Source of the DNA: Candidatus Eiseniibacteriota bacterium
Lineage (GTDB): Bacteria; Eisenbacteria; RBG-16-71-46
DNA: 64,000 bases
Direction: 5' to 3'
Assembly (NCBI GenBank): GCA_963707915.1
Contig: OY970178.1
Coordinates: 3,296,001 to 3,360,000, forward strand
Shown here one piece after another: positions 52,164 to 59,878 of this stretch. Every line of letters starts with the position of its first letter. Position 1 is the first letter of the stretch. The notes beneath the pieces are model-generated. The model worked only from the letters and a program-made list of their open reading frames with translations, was not told where the DNA came from and did no database searches. Both the position numbers and the translations under genes were made by a program.

Positions 52164-53036
52164 ATGGCCATTTCCGAACAACAACTCGCGAGCTGGGCCA
52201 AGGGGCCGGGTGCCACCGAGCAGGAGCGTTGCGACACGACTGTGCGCCGCATCACTGAGGCCCTGCGTCCGTTCTACGGTAGCCGAGTGACCATCTTCCC
52301 GCAGGGCTCGTATCGGAACCGGACGAACGTGCGGCAGGACAGTGATGTAGACGTGGCGGTGGTCGAGAGCTCCGCCTACATTGGCGATACGTCGCGGATG
52401 GGACCTGAGGCTTTGGCGCGGTGGAACGCGATGTCTCCAGCCAGCTACACATTCGCGCAGTTGAAGGCGGACGTGCACCAACAACTCACCGCCGCCTTCG
52501 GGCCACGTGTTGAACGCCGTAATAAGTGCATCTTCGTACCTGAGACCGCCAGCGGCGTTGACGGTGACGTTGTCCCCGCCTTCGAGTACCGGCTGTTCGA
52601 CTACAACGGCTACAAGACGGCCAGCGGCATCGCTTTCTACGCTGACCGGGGCGGATTGTTCACCAGCTTTCCGCAGCAGCACTACGATAACGGGGTGGCG
52701 AAGAACGACCGGACGCAGCGGATGTACAAGCGAGCGGTGCGCATCCTCAAGAATGCTCGGAACACCCTCGTAGAGAACGGGCAGCTGGGGGACACGTTCG
52801 CGCCGTCATTCTTCCTTGAATGCCTTACGTACAACGCGGCCGACCGAGTGTTCTTGGCAAGCACCTATACCCAAAGCATCAAGCAGGTGATCGAGGACCT
52901 TTGGGAAGCAACCAAGCCCAGTCGCAGCGGGAGCCTCGTGGAAGTTAGCGAAGTGAAGCCGCTCTTCACGGCCGAGCACACCGCGGACGAGGCACGCACG
53001 TTCCTGCGAACCGCCTACACGTTCATCGGGTTCTGA
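52164..53036 (+). CDS. cGAS/DncV-like nucleotidyltransferase (CdnE-like), second copy
   Basis: QGSYRNRTNVRQDSDVDV, DVVPAF, FPQQHYDNG..KN, PSFFLECL.YN. Confidence 0.9.
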   Translation: MAISEQQLASWAKGPGATEQERCDTTVRRITEALRPFYGSRVTIFPQGSYRNRTNVRQDSDVDVAVVESSAYIGDTSRMGPEALARWNAMSPASYTFAQLKADVHQQLTAAFGPRVERRNKCIFVPETASGVDGDVVPAFEYRLFDYNGYKTASGIAFYADRGGLFTSFPQQHYDNGVAKNDRTQRMYKRAVRILKNARNTLVENGQLGDTFAPSFFLECLTYNAADRVFLASTYTQSIKQVIEDLWEATKPSRSGSLVEVSEVKPLFTAEHTADEARTFLRTAYTFIGF

Positions 53037-53038
53037 GC

Positions 53039-53668
53039 ATGGGCATTCAACTCCATCGCGCAAGCCATTTCGTCCTCTTCATCTTAGTGCTGCCGCTCCT
53101 CAGCTTGGCGTTGGCTTGGGAATGCAGCCGAGTCGTGGCGATGGTGGTTCCCCCTGGCTGGGCATTTGCCGTCGATTCGGTCGGCACGATCGGCGCCTAC
53201 GGTCTTCTGTTCAAGGCCTTTGACCTCTGGCTTTGGCGGTGGCCGGCCTTTCGCTCCCTGGGCATCGTTCAGCCCCCTCTCATGGCAGGCCGGTGGGTCG
53301 GTTCATTGCGTTCCTCCCATGACAATCATGAGACCCGCCACGAGGCCGTGGTGGAAGTACGCCAGAGCTTCACTTCTGTGCGCGTGGCCATGTACTTCGC
53401 GGGCTCGCGATCGGCCAGCCTGATCGCGGGGTTTGCGCAGGAGGCGGATGGTGGCGTGGCGCTCCACTACGAGTACCAGAACGTGCCGTCCGTTGATGCT
53501 TCGCGGACCATGCACATTCACTACGGCACGGCCACGCTCCAGTGCGTCCCGGGACGGCCGCGGATGGAGGGGCACTACTACAACTGGGGACGTGACGAGA
53601 GAGGGCACTACGGAGTGATGGAGTTCTCCTTCGAGAGCGCTAAACTACTGGGCCGGTTCTCCCAGTGA
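53039..53668 (+). CDS. CBASS 2TM + beta-barrel effector (Cap15-like)
   Basis: Two N-terminal TM helices, LWRW, GRW.G.L.S, YEYQN.P, HYG, GHYY. Confidence 0.8.
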   Translation: MGIQLHRASHFVLFILVLPLLSLALAWECSRVVAMVVPPGWAFAVDSVGTIGAYGLLFKAFDLWLWRWPAFRSLGIVQPPLMAGRWVGSLRSSHDNHETRHEAVVEVRQSFTSVRVAMYFAGSRSASLIAGFAQEADGGVALHYEYQNVPSVDASRTMHIHYGTATLQCVPGRPRMEGHYYNWGRDERGHYGVMEFSFESAKLLGRFSQ

Positions 53669-53722
53669 CGCTCACGAACTGAGTCCACAACGCATTAACT
53701 AACTAAGAGAAGGAGATAACGT

Positions 53723-53980
53723 ATGGACACGCAGGACAAAGTAAAGACCGTCACGATCATCGTGGAAGGCACTCCGCACGAGTGGCCCAAGGGTGAGATC
53801 ACCTACGCGGAGGTCGTCACTCTTGAAGTGCCGGACTACGCGCAGCACCCGGAGATCACGTACTCGGTGACCTACAAGCGCGGGCACGGCGAGAAGCCCG
53901 AAGGGATTCTCGTGAAAGGCGGCTCGGTCAAGGTAAAGGACGGGATGATCTTCCGTGTTTCAGAAACTGGTCAGTCATAA
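53723..53980 (+). CDS. Ubiquitin-like (multiubiquitin domain) protein
   Basis: AAGGAG RBS; TIIVEG..HEW..ITYAEVV..YSVTY..G.L..G.SVKVKDGMIF.V..TGQS. Confidence 0.8.
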   Translation: MDTQDKVKTVTIIVEGTPHEWPKGEITYAEVVTLEVPDYAQHPEITYSVTYKRGHGEKPEGILVKGGSVKVKDGMIFRVSETGQS

Positions 53981-55142
53981 CGACGACTTGGGTCGTTTGG
54001 TCGACAAGGGTTATGCCGTCGGCTTCGACCCGGGGCTTCTGATTGTTCGTGATATCCCGTACCTGGATGACCAGAAACGACTGCAGATTGGTGCGATTGT
54101 CGCGAAGCTGGTTCTCATCGACGACGACCGAGTCAGCCAGGACGATCACCAGATCTACTTCGCTGGCTCTGCCCCTTGCGACGTCAACGGCTCGGCGATC
54201 CCCAATCTCGCTGGCGGCTCCGCCAGCATCCCGATGAGCGACGCAAACAAGGACGTGGTCGTTCAGCGGTCGTTCTCTAACAAGCCTCGTGCCACGGGGA
54301 AGTTCGACAACTTCTTCGACAAGATCGAGAGCTACGTAGCGATCATTTCGGGTCCAGCCATGGAGCTGTACCCCGATGCGACTCCCTTTACGTTCCACGT
54401 CGTGACGACCTATCCCGGGTCGGTATTCAAGTTCCACGACACCCTTACAAGCAGAGCTGAAATCGGAGATCTGTCCGGGAGGTTCAAGGACGACATCATC
54501 GCGGTCATTGGACTTGGTGGCACCGGCGCGTACCTGCTGGATCTTCTGACGAAGACGCAGGTGCGCGAGATCCGCGCGTTCGACCACGACCACTTCTACG
54601 TGCATAACGCCTTCCGGTCTCCAGGGCGACTTCAATCAGGAGAACTCGGAAGGCTGAAAGCGGACGTGTACCGGGACCGCTACGACTCGTTTCGAACCGG
54701 GCTCTCGATCGAGAGGAGACTGATTGACGCCTCCTCGGTGGACGCGTTGGACGGCGTGACCTTCGCGTTCGTGTGCGTCGACAAGGGCTCGTCGCGGGCG
54801 GGCGTATTCGATGCCCTTCTTTCCAAGCGCATCCCGTTCATTGACGTCGGGATGGGCCTGAAACGCAGAGACGGCAGCCTGAACGGAATGCTGCGCGTCA
54901 CCTACTTCTCGTCGGAGGATGGTGGGCAGGTGCGCGCGAAGGGACTCGCTGAACTGGCCGACACGCCGGACGACCTCTATCGAACCAACATCCAGACCAG
55001 CGAGTTGAACGCGCTGAACGCTGCCTTGGCCGTCGTGAAGTTCAAGAAGCTCCGAGGCTTCTACTTCGAGGAAACGCCCTACTACCATCTTCTCCACGAC
55101 GTTGGAGACTCCACGATGGTCGGGGAATCGGAGCTGACATGA
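53955..55142 (+). CDS. DUF6791-like N-terminal domain fused to ThiF/E1 adenylation domain
   Basis: IAVIGLGGTG, FDHD...HNAFRSPG, FVCVD, FIDVGMG, NIQTSELNA. Confidence 0.85.
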   Translation: MFQKLVSHNDDLGRLVDKGYAVGFDPGLLIVRDIPYLDDQKRLQIGAIVAKLVLIDDDRVSQDDHQIYFAGSAPCDVNGSAIPNLAGGSASIPMSDANKDVVVQRSFSNKPRATGKFDNFFDKIESYVAIISGPAMELYPDATPFTFHVVTTYPGSVFKFHDTLTSRAEIGDLSGRFKDDIIAVIGLGGTGAYLLDLLTKTQVREIRAFDHDHFYVHNAFRSPGRLQSGELGRLKADVYRDRYDSFRTGLSIERRLIDASSVDALDGVTFAFVCVDKGSSRAGVFDALLSKRIPFIDVGMGLKRRDGSLNGMLRVTYFSSEDGGQVRAKGLAELADTPDDLYRTNIQTSELNALNAALAVVKFKKLRGFYFEETPYYHLLHDVGDSTMVGESELT

Positions 55143-55540
55143 GGTTCAGGCTCCAGCGAGTTGAGTACATGCCCAAGACCCTGGAGCCGGGGGTCCTGTA
55201 CGTCTCAGAAGCTTTCGGCACAGCAGCGCACCTCTGCGCCTGCGGTTGCGGCTCCAAGATCAGGACACCACTCGGCCCCACTGAGTGGCACGTCGAGGTT
55301 ACGAAGCGGGGACCAAGCCTGTATCCCTCCGTCGGGAACTGGCAGAAGCCCTGTCAGTCGCACTACTGGATTCGCGAGGGCAACGTGCGGTGGGCAGCGA
55401 AATGGACATCGGAGGAGATTGCCACGGGTCGCAGGCACGAGGAGGAACGCCGACACGCGTACTACGACTCCGGTCGTCCAGCGCCCGGGAATATCCTGGC
55501 GAGATTCTGGTGCTGGCTGAAGCGTCTGCTTGCTCGCTGA
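55139..55540 (+). CDS. DUF6527-like protein
   Basis: LEPGVLYVS, HLCACGCG, SLYPSVGNW..PC.SHYWI. Confidence 0.8.
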   Translation: MRFRLQRVEYMPKTLEPGVLYVSEAFGTAAHLCACGCGSKIRTPLGPTEWHVEVTKRGPSLYPSVGNWQKPCQSHYWIREGNVRWAAKWTSEEIATGRRHEEERRHAYYDSGRPAPGNILARFWCWLKRLLAR

Positions 55541-55584
55541 CCCAGCTTGTCCACAGAAGGTGCCACTCTAGTGTCGTACCCCCT

Positions 55585-55704
55585 CTAGGCAGCTTCGCTG
55601 CTTCGTGGCACACTGACTTCACCCTTGAGCCGGTCGAGCTTCGGCAGCGGAATCCACGCGTGTTTCTTGAGCCAAGTTCGAACGTCGTCCCTCATGGCGC
55701 ACCA
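55585..55704 (-). repeat. Recombinase-tail repeat copy A
   Basis: Encodes WCAMRDDVRTWLKKHAWIPLPKLDRLKGEVSVPRSSEAA*, homologous to the recombinase C-terminus. Confidence 0.9.
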
Positions 55705-55747
55705 GCGTCGTTTTGGTGCATCCACCCCCACGAAAAGTGGATAACGA

Positions 55748-55783
55748 GCAGACCGACCGCCAATCAAGGCGGTTTTGTTGTTT
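55748..55783 (+). terminator. Intrinsic terminator-like hairpin with T-tract
   Basis: ACCGCC-AATCAA-GGCGGT followed by TTTGTTGTTT. Confidence 0.55.
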
Positions 55784-56007
55784 GCGGTAGGGGGGTGGAC
55801 GTGACAACAGAGACGCGAAACGGTGAGTTATACCCAGAAGCGAGGACGTTCGAACTCGCGGCAAGAGTTCGAAGCGACTACTTGACCAGCCCCTGAGGAC
55901 ATGGTTGGGTGACTAAGTGGATTGTTCGTTTCGCACAACATTCAATTCGTTCCTCCCTTGCCTGATGCTCGCACGCATGGTGTGCGCAGCAGTCCAGGGG
56001 AGGAACG

Positions 56008-56274
56008 ATGCGCAGGTTGCGGTTGCTTCCGATAACGTTCGGGCCGTCCTATGAGGTCGCACCGACCCCCGGCACGAAAGCTGCTGCCACCTGTACGGTC
56101 GTCGTCGCGGCGGTCGTGCTGGTAGCGGTTGCAGTTGCCGTGGTGAGATGGCCGTGGGTCGCCATGCTCGCAGGTGCCGTGGCCGCATTCACCTGGGGAC
56201 GGAAACACTACGGTGGTGACGCAATCATCGTGGGTATCGTGCTCCTTGTCGCGGGGTTGTCTCTGCTGAGGTAG
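56008..56274 (+). CDS. Small membrane protein
   Basis: GGGGAGGA RBS and 2-3 hydrophobic segments. Confidence 0.55.
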   Translation: MRRLRLLPITFGPSYEVAPTPGTKAAATCTVVVAAVVLVAVAVAVVRWPWVAMLAGAVAAFTWGRKHYGGDAIIVGIVLLVAGLSLLR

Positions 56275-56366
56275 GTGCAATCGCACCTTCCAGAGTTATC
56301 GCTCGCGGGTCGATCTCTTCGGAGTTCGACCCGCTTCTTCTTGTCTCATCAACTCAGATGACGGCC

Positions 56367-56585
56367 ATGGAACATGACCAACGTTTTGCTCTGGGGCTGA
56401 CCCAGGCTGAGGTGGATCGACTGCGCGACATTATCCATCGGACTCGTGGCGTCACGTTATCGGAGCAAGAAGCGTGGGTGTGTGCAATCCGGCTTCTCAG
56501 TCTCGGACTGACGACTCTGAAAGCGACCGCGCCGAAGGAAGACATCCACAAGGATGAGACATGCGTGGTGCGTCCGCCCCTCTAG
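56367..56585 (+). CDS. Small protein homologous to 59226-59432
   Basis: Shares QRFALGLT.AEVDRLRDI..RTRG..L...EAW..AI.LLSLG with the gene upstream of the recombinase. Confidence 0.8.
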   Translation: MEHDQRFALGLTQAEVDRLRDIIHRTRGVTLSEQEAWVCAIRLLSLGLTTLKATAPKEDIHKDETCVVRPPL

Positions 56586-56701
56586 GCAGCAACGCCTTTT
56601 CGTGGCAAACTATCTTCGCTCTTCAAACGATCAAGCTTGGGCAGCGGAAACCATGGAGTTTTCTTGAGCCAGGTTCGAACGTCCTCCACGATGGAGCACC
56701 A
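56582..56701 (-). repeat. Recombinase-tail repeat copy B
   Basis: Encodes WCSIVEDVRTWLKKTPWFPLPKLDRLKSEDSLPRKGVAA*. Confidence 0.9.
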
Positions 56702-56767
56702 AGAACGAATCTTCGAACAAAAACACAAATCCAGCTTGATTCCATTAATCAGAGCTGAGTTCGAACT

Positions 56768-57631
56768 ATGAGACACAAGTTTCCAGACAACTTTGTAACT
56801 ATTGGCCATTTTGGCTTAGAGCAGCATTACTCAAAACATGCTCCACACGACATTCTTACAAAGTTACGCCATACATTAGGTTCCCTGATTGGATCTGAAG
56901 GAGACGTGGTGTATGTTTTTATCCTCATAAGAAAGCTTCTAGAGTTAGATAAACATAAACGAGTCTTTCCGACGTTGTCGCTGATATGTGATTGGATAGC
57001 ACATGTGCGGCTCGATAGAAATAGCACTGGTTACAAAATCATCGAGAATATAGATCGGGAACTCTATTTCAAATACGCCGTGCTTGATAAACGACCGTAT
57101 GATCGGAATAGGACAAAAGCACAGGAGCGGCATATAGAACGTCAACTTGCGGGCTTATGGACATTGCGTGGCGAGTTGAGATTCTTCTTACGCCATTATC
57201 ATCTCCCGATTACGATTGTAAATAAAACCCCATCATGGAACCGATTACGTCGTTTTCTGTTTAATGCTCTCGCGAATAGTCCCCTCACAGTTCAAACAGC
57301 TGACGATCTATTAGTAATAAAAAGCATCTCATTCACTTCTGTTTGGCACGAAGCTCAACCCCAATCATCCAGGGCAAGAAATCTATTTAACGATCCGCCA
57401 TACCCCAGATGTAGAATTCTAGTTAAGGATGGGATAATGCTGCCAGGAACTGAGCATATGAATCCAGAAGATGAGCAGATTATAGAGGTCTCATTAAAGA
57501 CTGTAGACATTCGCGACTTTATTTCCGAGGAGGAGTTTGTTAAACTTCAAAAGACGATGAAGGATCTTCCAGAACATTTCTTCAAAGACGATCCCAAAAC
57601 TACCGGAACCACCCGAACCAAATCATCTTAG
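56768..57631 (+). CDS. AT-rich hypothetical protein
   Basis: 287-aa ORF, much lower GC than its neighbours; IRKLLE...CDWIAH motif. Confidence 0.75.
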   Translation: MRHKFPDNFVTIGHFGLEQHYSKHAPHDILTKLRHTLGSLIGSEGDVVYVFILIRKLLELDKHKRVFPTLSLICDWIAHVRLDRNSTGYKIIENIDRELYFKYAVLDKRPYDRNRTKAQERHIERQLAGLWTLRGELRFFLRHYHLPITIVNKTPSWNRLRRFLFNALANSPLTVQTADDLLVIKSISFTSVWHEAQPQSSRARNLFNDPPYPRCRILVKDGIMLPGTEHMNPEDEQIIEVSLKTVDIRDFISEEEFVKLQKTMKDLPEHFFKDDPKTTGTTRTKSS

Positions 57632-59187
57632 CTTTCAACGAGACGATCCAACCGAGGTAGTGGCAACCACTTATCTTTCTTTAACCAAGTTCGAACGTCG
57701 TCCCTTAAGGCGCACCAATTGCTAATGAGCCCTTGTCCTTCGATGAAGGAGAAGGGTTCGTTGGCTTTGTAGAGCGGTTCCTTGCCTTCGACCGCGAAGT
57801 TCGAAGCGACGGCCTGGACAATTTCCCGTCGTTGAACTCCGACCCCGCGCTCGAAGGCCGCCGCGCAGCGGTTCGTGAACTGGAAGAGCTCGGTCGCGCG
57901 CTGGAGGTACTCCTCCGGCTCGGTCGGCGGAACCTCGAGCTGCAGCTTGAGCTTTGCCTGTCGCTCCAAGATCTCAAGCCTTCGCTTCTCGAAGAGGTCC
58001 TCGTCTACCTGCCCGCGCAGCCGAAGCGTGAGCAGCGTTTCGCCCTCACGCAGGGACGCGCCGAGGGCCTCCTGGAGCGAGCGGTGTGAGGCTGTGTCGG
58101 TCACGGTCTCCGCCTCCAAAGTGTGCTTCAGGTTCTCCGTCACCCATCCGACCACTTCCTCCGGCACGGCCACGGCATGCAGGGTCTTCTGGATCGCCGT
58201 CTCGAAGTCCGGCTCCGGAATGCAGGTCGCATGCGGACAGGGCGTGCTTCTCCCAAGGCCATGACAGCGGTAGTACACGTAGGTTCGACCTGACTGCTTG
58301 CGGTGCTGCTCGCCGGTCAGAAGTCCGCCACACTTGCAACGCAGTAGCCCGCCGTAGGGGAACTCGTGACGCGCCGGGCGGGCGCGCCCTGGCCGACCAA
58401 GGATACCGGCCGCACGCTCGAACTCCGCCGGGGTGACCATCGGCTCATGGCCGCCGCGGTAGCTCTCACCGCTGCGCAGCTGGATGAGCCCCATGTAGTA
58501 GGGATTCTGGAACATCCGGTAGAGCATCGTGATGCACATCGGCCGGCCGCCCAGTCGCGCCGTCTTGCGCGTGCGGAAGCCCCACTCCTCGGTTGCCAGC
58601 TTGAGGATCTGCTTGGGGCGGAGGCTATCGGTGAGCACGAGGTCCCACATCTTGCGCACGAGCGTGAACCGCTCGGGGTCTTTCACGACGGTCTTGGTCG
58701 CATGGTCCTCGATGTACCCCAGGGGCGGGCGGAAGTTCGGCCAGCCGCGCTGGAACCGCGCACGGTTGCCGCGCCGCACGTTTTGCCGCAGATCGTCGAT
58801 GAACTTGGTGGCGATGCCGAGCTCGAAGTTGCCCATGAAGCGGTCATTGCCGTCAGCGGTGTACGTCCGATCCGAGGTGATGACGGTGAGCTTGTGGTCG
58901 GCCAGCGCTTGCAGGACCCGGCCGGTGTCGGCGTGGTTGCGCGCCAGCCGGTCGAGCTTCCAGCACAGCACGGTCGCGATCTCGCCCTGGGACACGCGGC
59001 GCATCAGTTGATCGAAGACCACGCGGCCCGGAGCTTTAGCCGAGCGCGACTCGGAGAGGATCTCCGCGACCTGGTGCCCATGGCGCAGCGCCAGGAGTTT
59101 GAGCTCTTGGACTTGGGAGTCGATGGAGAGGACCTGCCGATCCTCGGATTCGCTGGATTTCCTAGCGTAGATGACACATTGCGGCAT
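57628..59187 (-). CDS. Large serine recombinase
   Basis: IYARKSSE (catalytic Ser), ESRSAK, WKLDRLARN, PPLGY, NPYY.G, HEP, Zn ribbon CKCG...YYRC, coiled coil. Confidence 0.95.
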   Translation of the reverse strand: MPQCVIYARKSSESEDRQVLSIDSQVQELKLLALRHGHQVAEILSESRSAKAPGRVVFDQLMRRVSQGEIATVLCWKLDRLARNHADTGRVLQALADHKLTVITSDRTYTADGNDRFMGNFELGIATKFIDDLRQNVRRGNRARFQRGWPNFRPPLGYIEDHATKTVVKDPERFTLVRKMWDLVLTDSLRPKQILKLATEEWGFRTRKTARLGGRPMCITMLYRMFQNPYYMGLIQLRSGESYRGGHEPMVTPAEFERAAGILGRPGRARPARHEFPYGGLLRCKCGGLLTGEQHRKQSGRTYVYYRCHGLGRSTPCPHATCIPEPDFETAIQKTLHAVAVPEEVVGWVTENLKHTLEAETVTDTASHRSLQEALGASLREGETLLTLRLRGQVDEDLFEKRRLEILERQAKLKLQLEVPPTEPEEYLQRATELFQFTNRCAAAFERGVGVQRREIVQAVASNFAVEGKEPLYKANEPFSFIEGQGLISNWCALRDDVRTWLKKDKWLPLPRLDRLVES

Positions 59188-59225
59188 AGAGGTCTAGGTA
59201 GTGATGCCTCAAGTTCGAAACGCAG

Positions 59226-59432
59226 TCAAGAGGGAGGACCTTCGAACTCGCGGGGTTTCCTTGAAGAGGTGGCCTGGAGGATGGTCCAGCCGAGGGAGAG
59301 AAGTTGAATCGCCTTGGCCCACGCCTCCTCGCGCGTGAGCTCCAGCCCGCGCGTGCGCCGCAAGATGTCGCGGAGGCGGTCCACCTCCGCTTCGGTCAGG
59401 CCAAGCGCGAAGCGTTGCGTTCGAGCATCCAT
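59226..59432 (-). CDS. Small protein upstream of the recombinase (candidate accessory or directionality factor)
   Basis: 68-aa ORF with a paralogue at 56367-56585, which supports coding status. Confidence 0.75.
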   Translation of the reverse strand: MDARTQRFALGLTEAEVDRLRDILRRTRGLELTREEAWAKAIQLLSLGWTILQATSSRKPREFEGPPS

Positions 59433-59596
59433 GCAACCATGATCGCGCAGGAGTAGCGACCGGCGTAGGGGGGAGGACGTCCACAGGGCGAGCTTCGCTG
59501 TGCATAGCGACAATCGAATCCCTCTTCCACAGACATGCACAGTTTGCGCACCTCCACCCCCCTACAACGATTCCCTGGCAGGACTATCGTGGAAGC

Positions 59597-59878
59597 ATGT
59601 TGGTGCAATACACCAAGCGAACGTGGCGAAACCGGCCGCGCTTCCCCAACAAGATCCGCGAGTACCGCCTCAAGGCCGGCATCTCGCAGAGCAAGCTCGC
59701 CGCCCTGCTCGGCCGCGGCCGCAACGCGGTCTCGTCCTGGGAGCGTGGACTGTCGCTGCCAAACGTGCCGCGTCTCCTACGCATGGCGAAGATCCTCGGC
59801 ACACTCTCCGAGGCGCTCTACTTCCAGTTCTACTCCACCCAGGGAGCAGATGGTGAGCTCAGCGGCACTGCGGCATGA
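59597..59878 (+). CDS. XRE-family HTH regulator
   Basis: NKIREYRLKAGISQSKLAALLG.....VSSWERG...P. Confidence 0.88.
   Translation: MLVQYTKRTWRNRPRFPNKIREYRLKAGISQSKLAALLGRGRNAVSSWERGLSLPNVPRLLRMAKILGTLSEALYFQFYSTQGADGELSGTAA

Noticed and set aside
55585..57717. CRISPR array or classical integron attC sites
   Set aside because: Repeats are kilobases apart, diverged and protein-coding in pattern. No cas or IntI genes and no attC-style inverted boxes were found.
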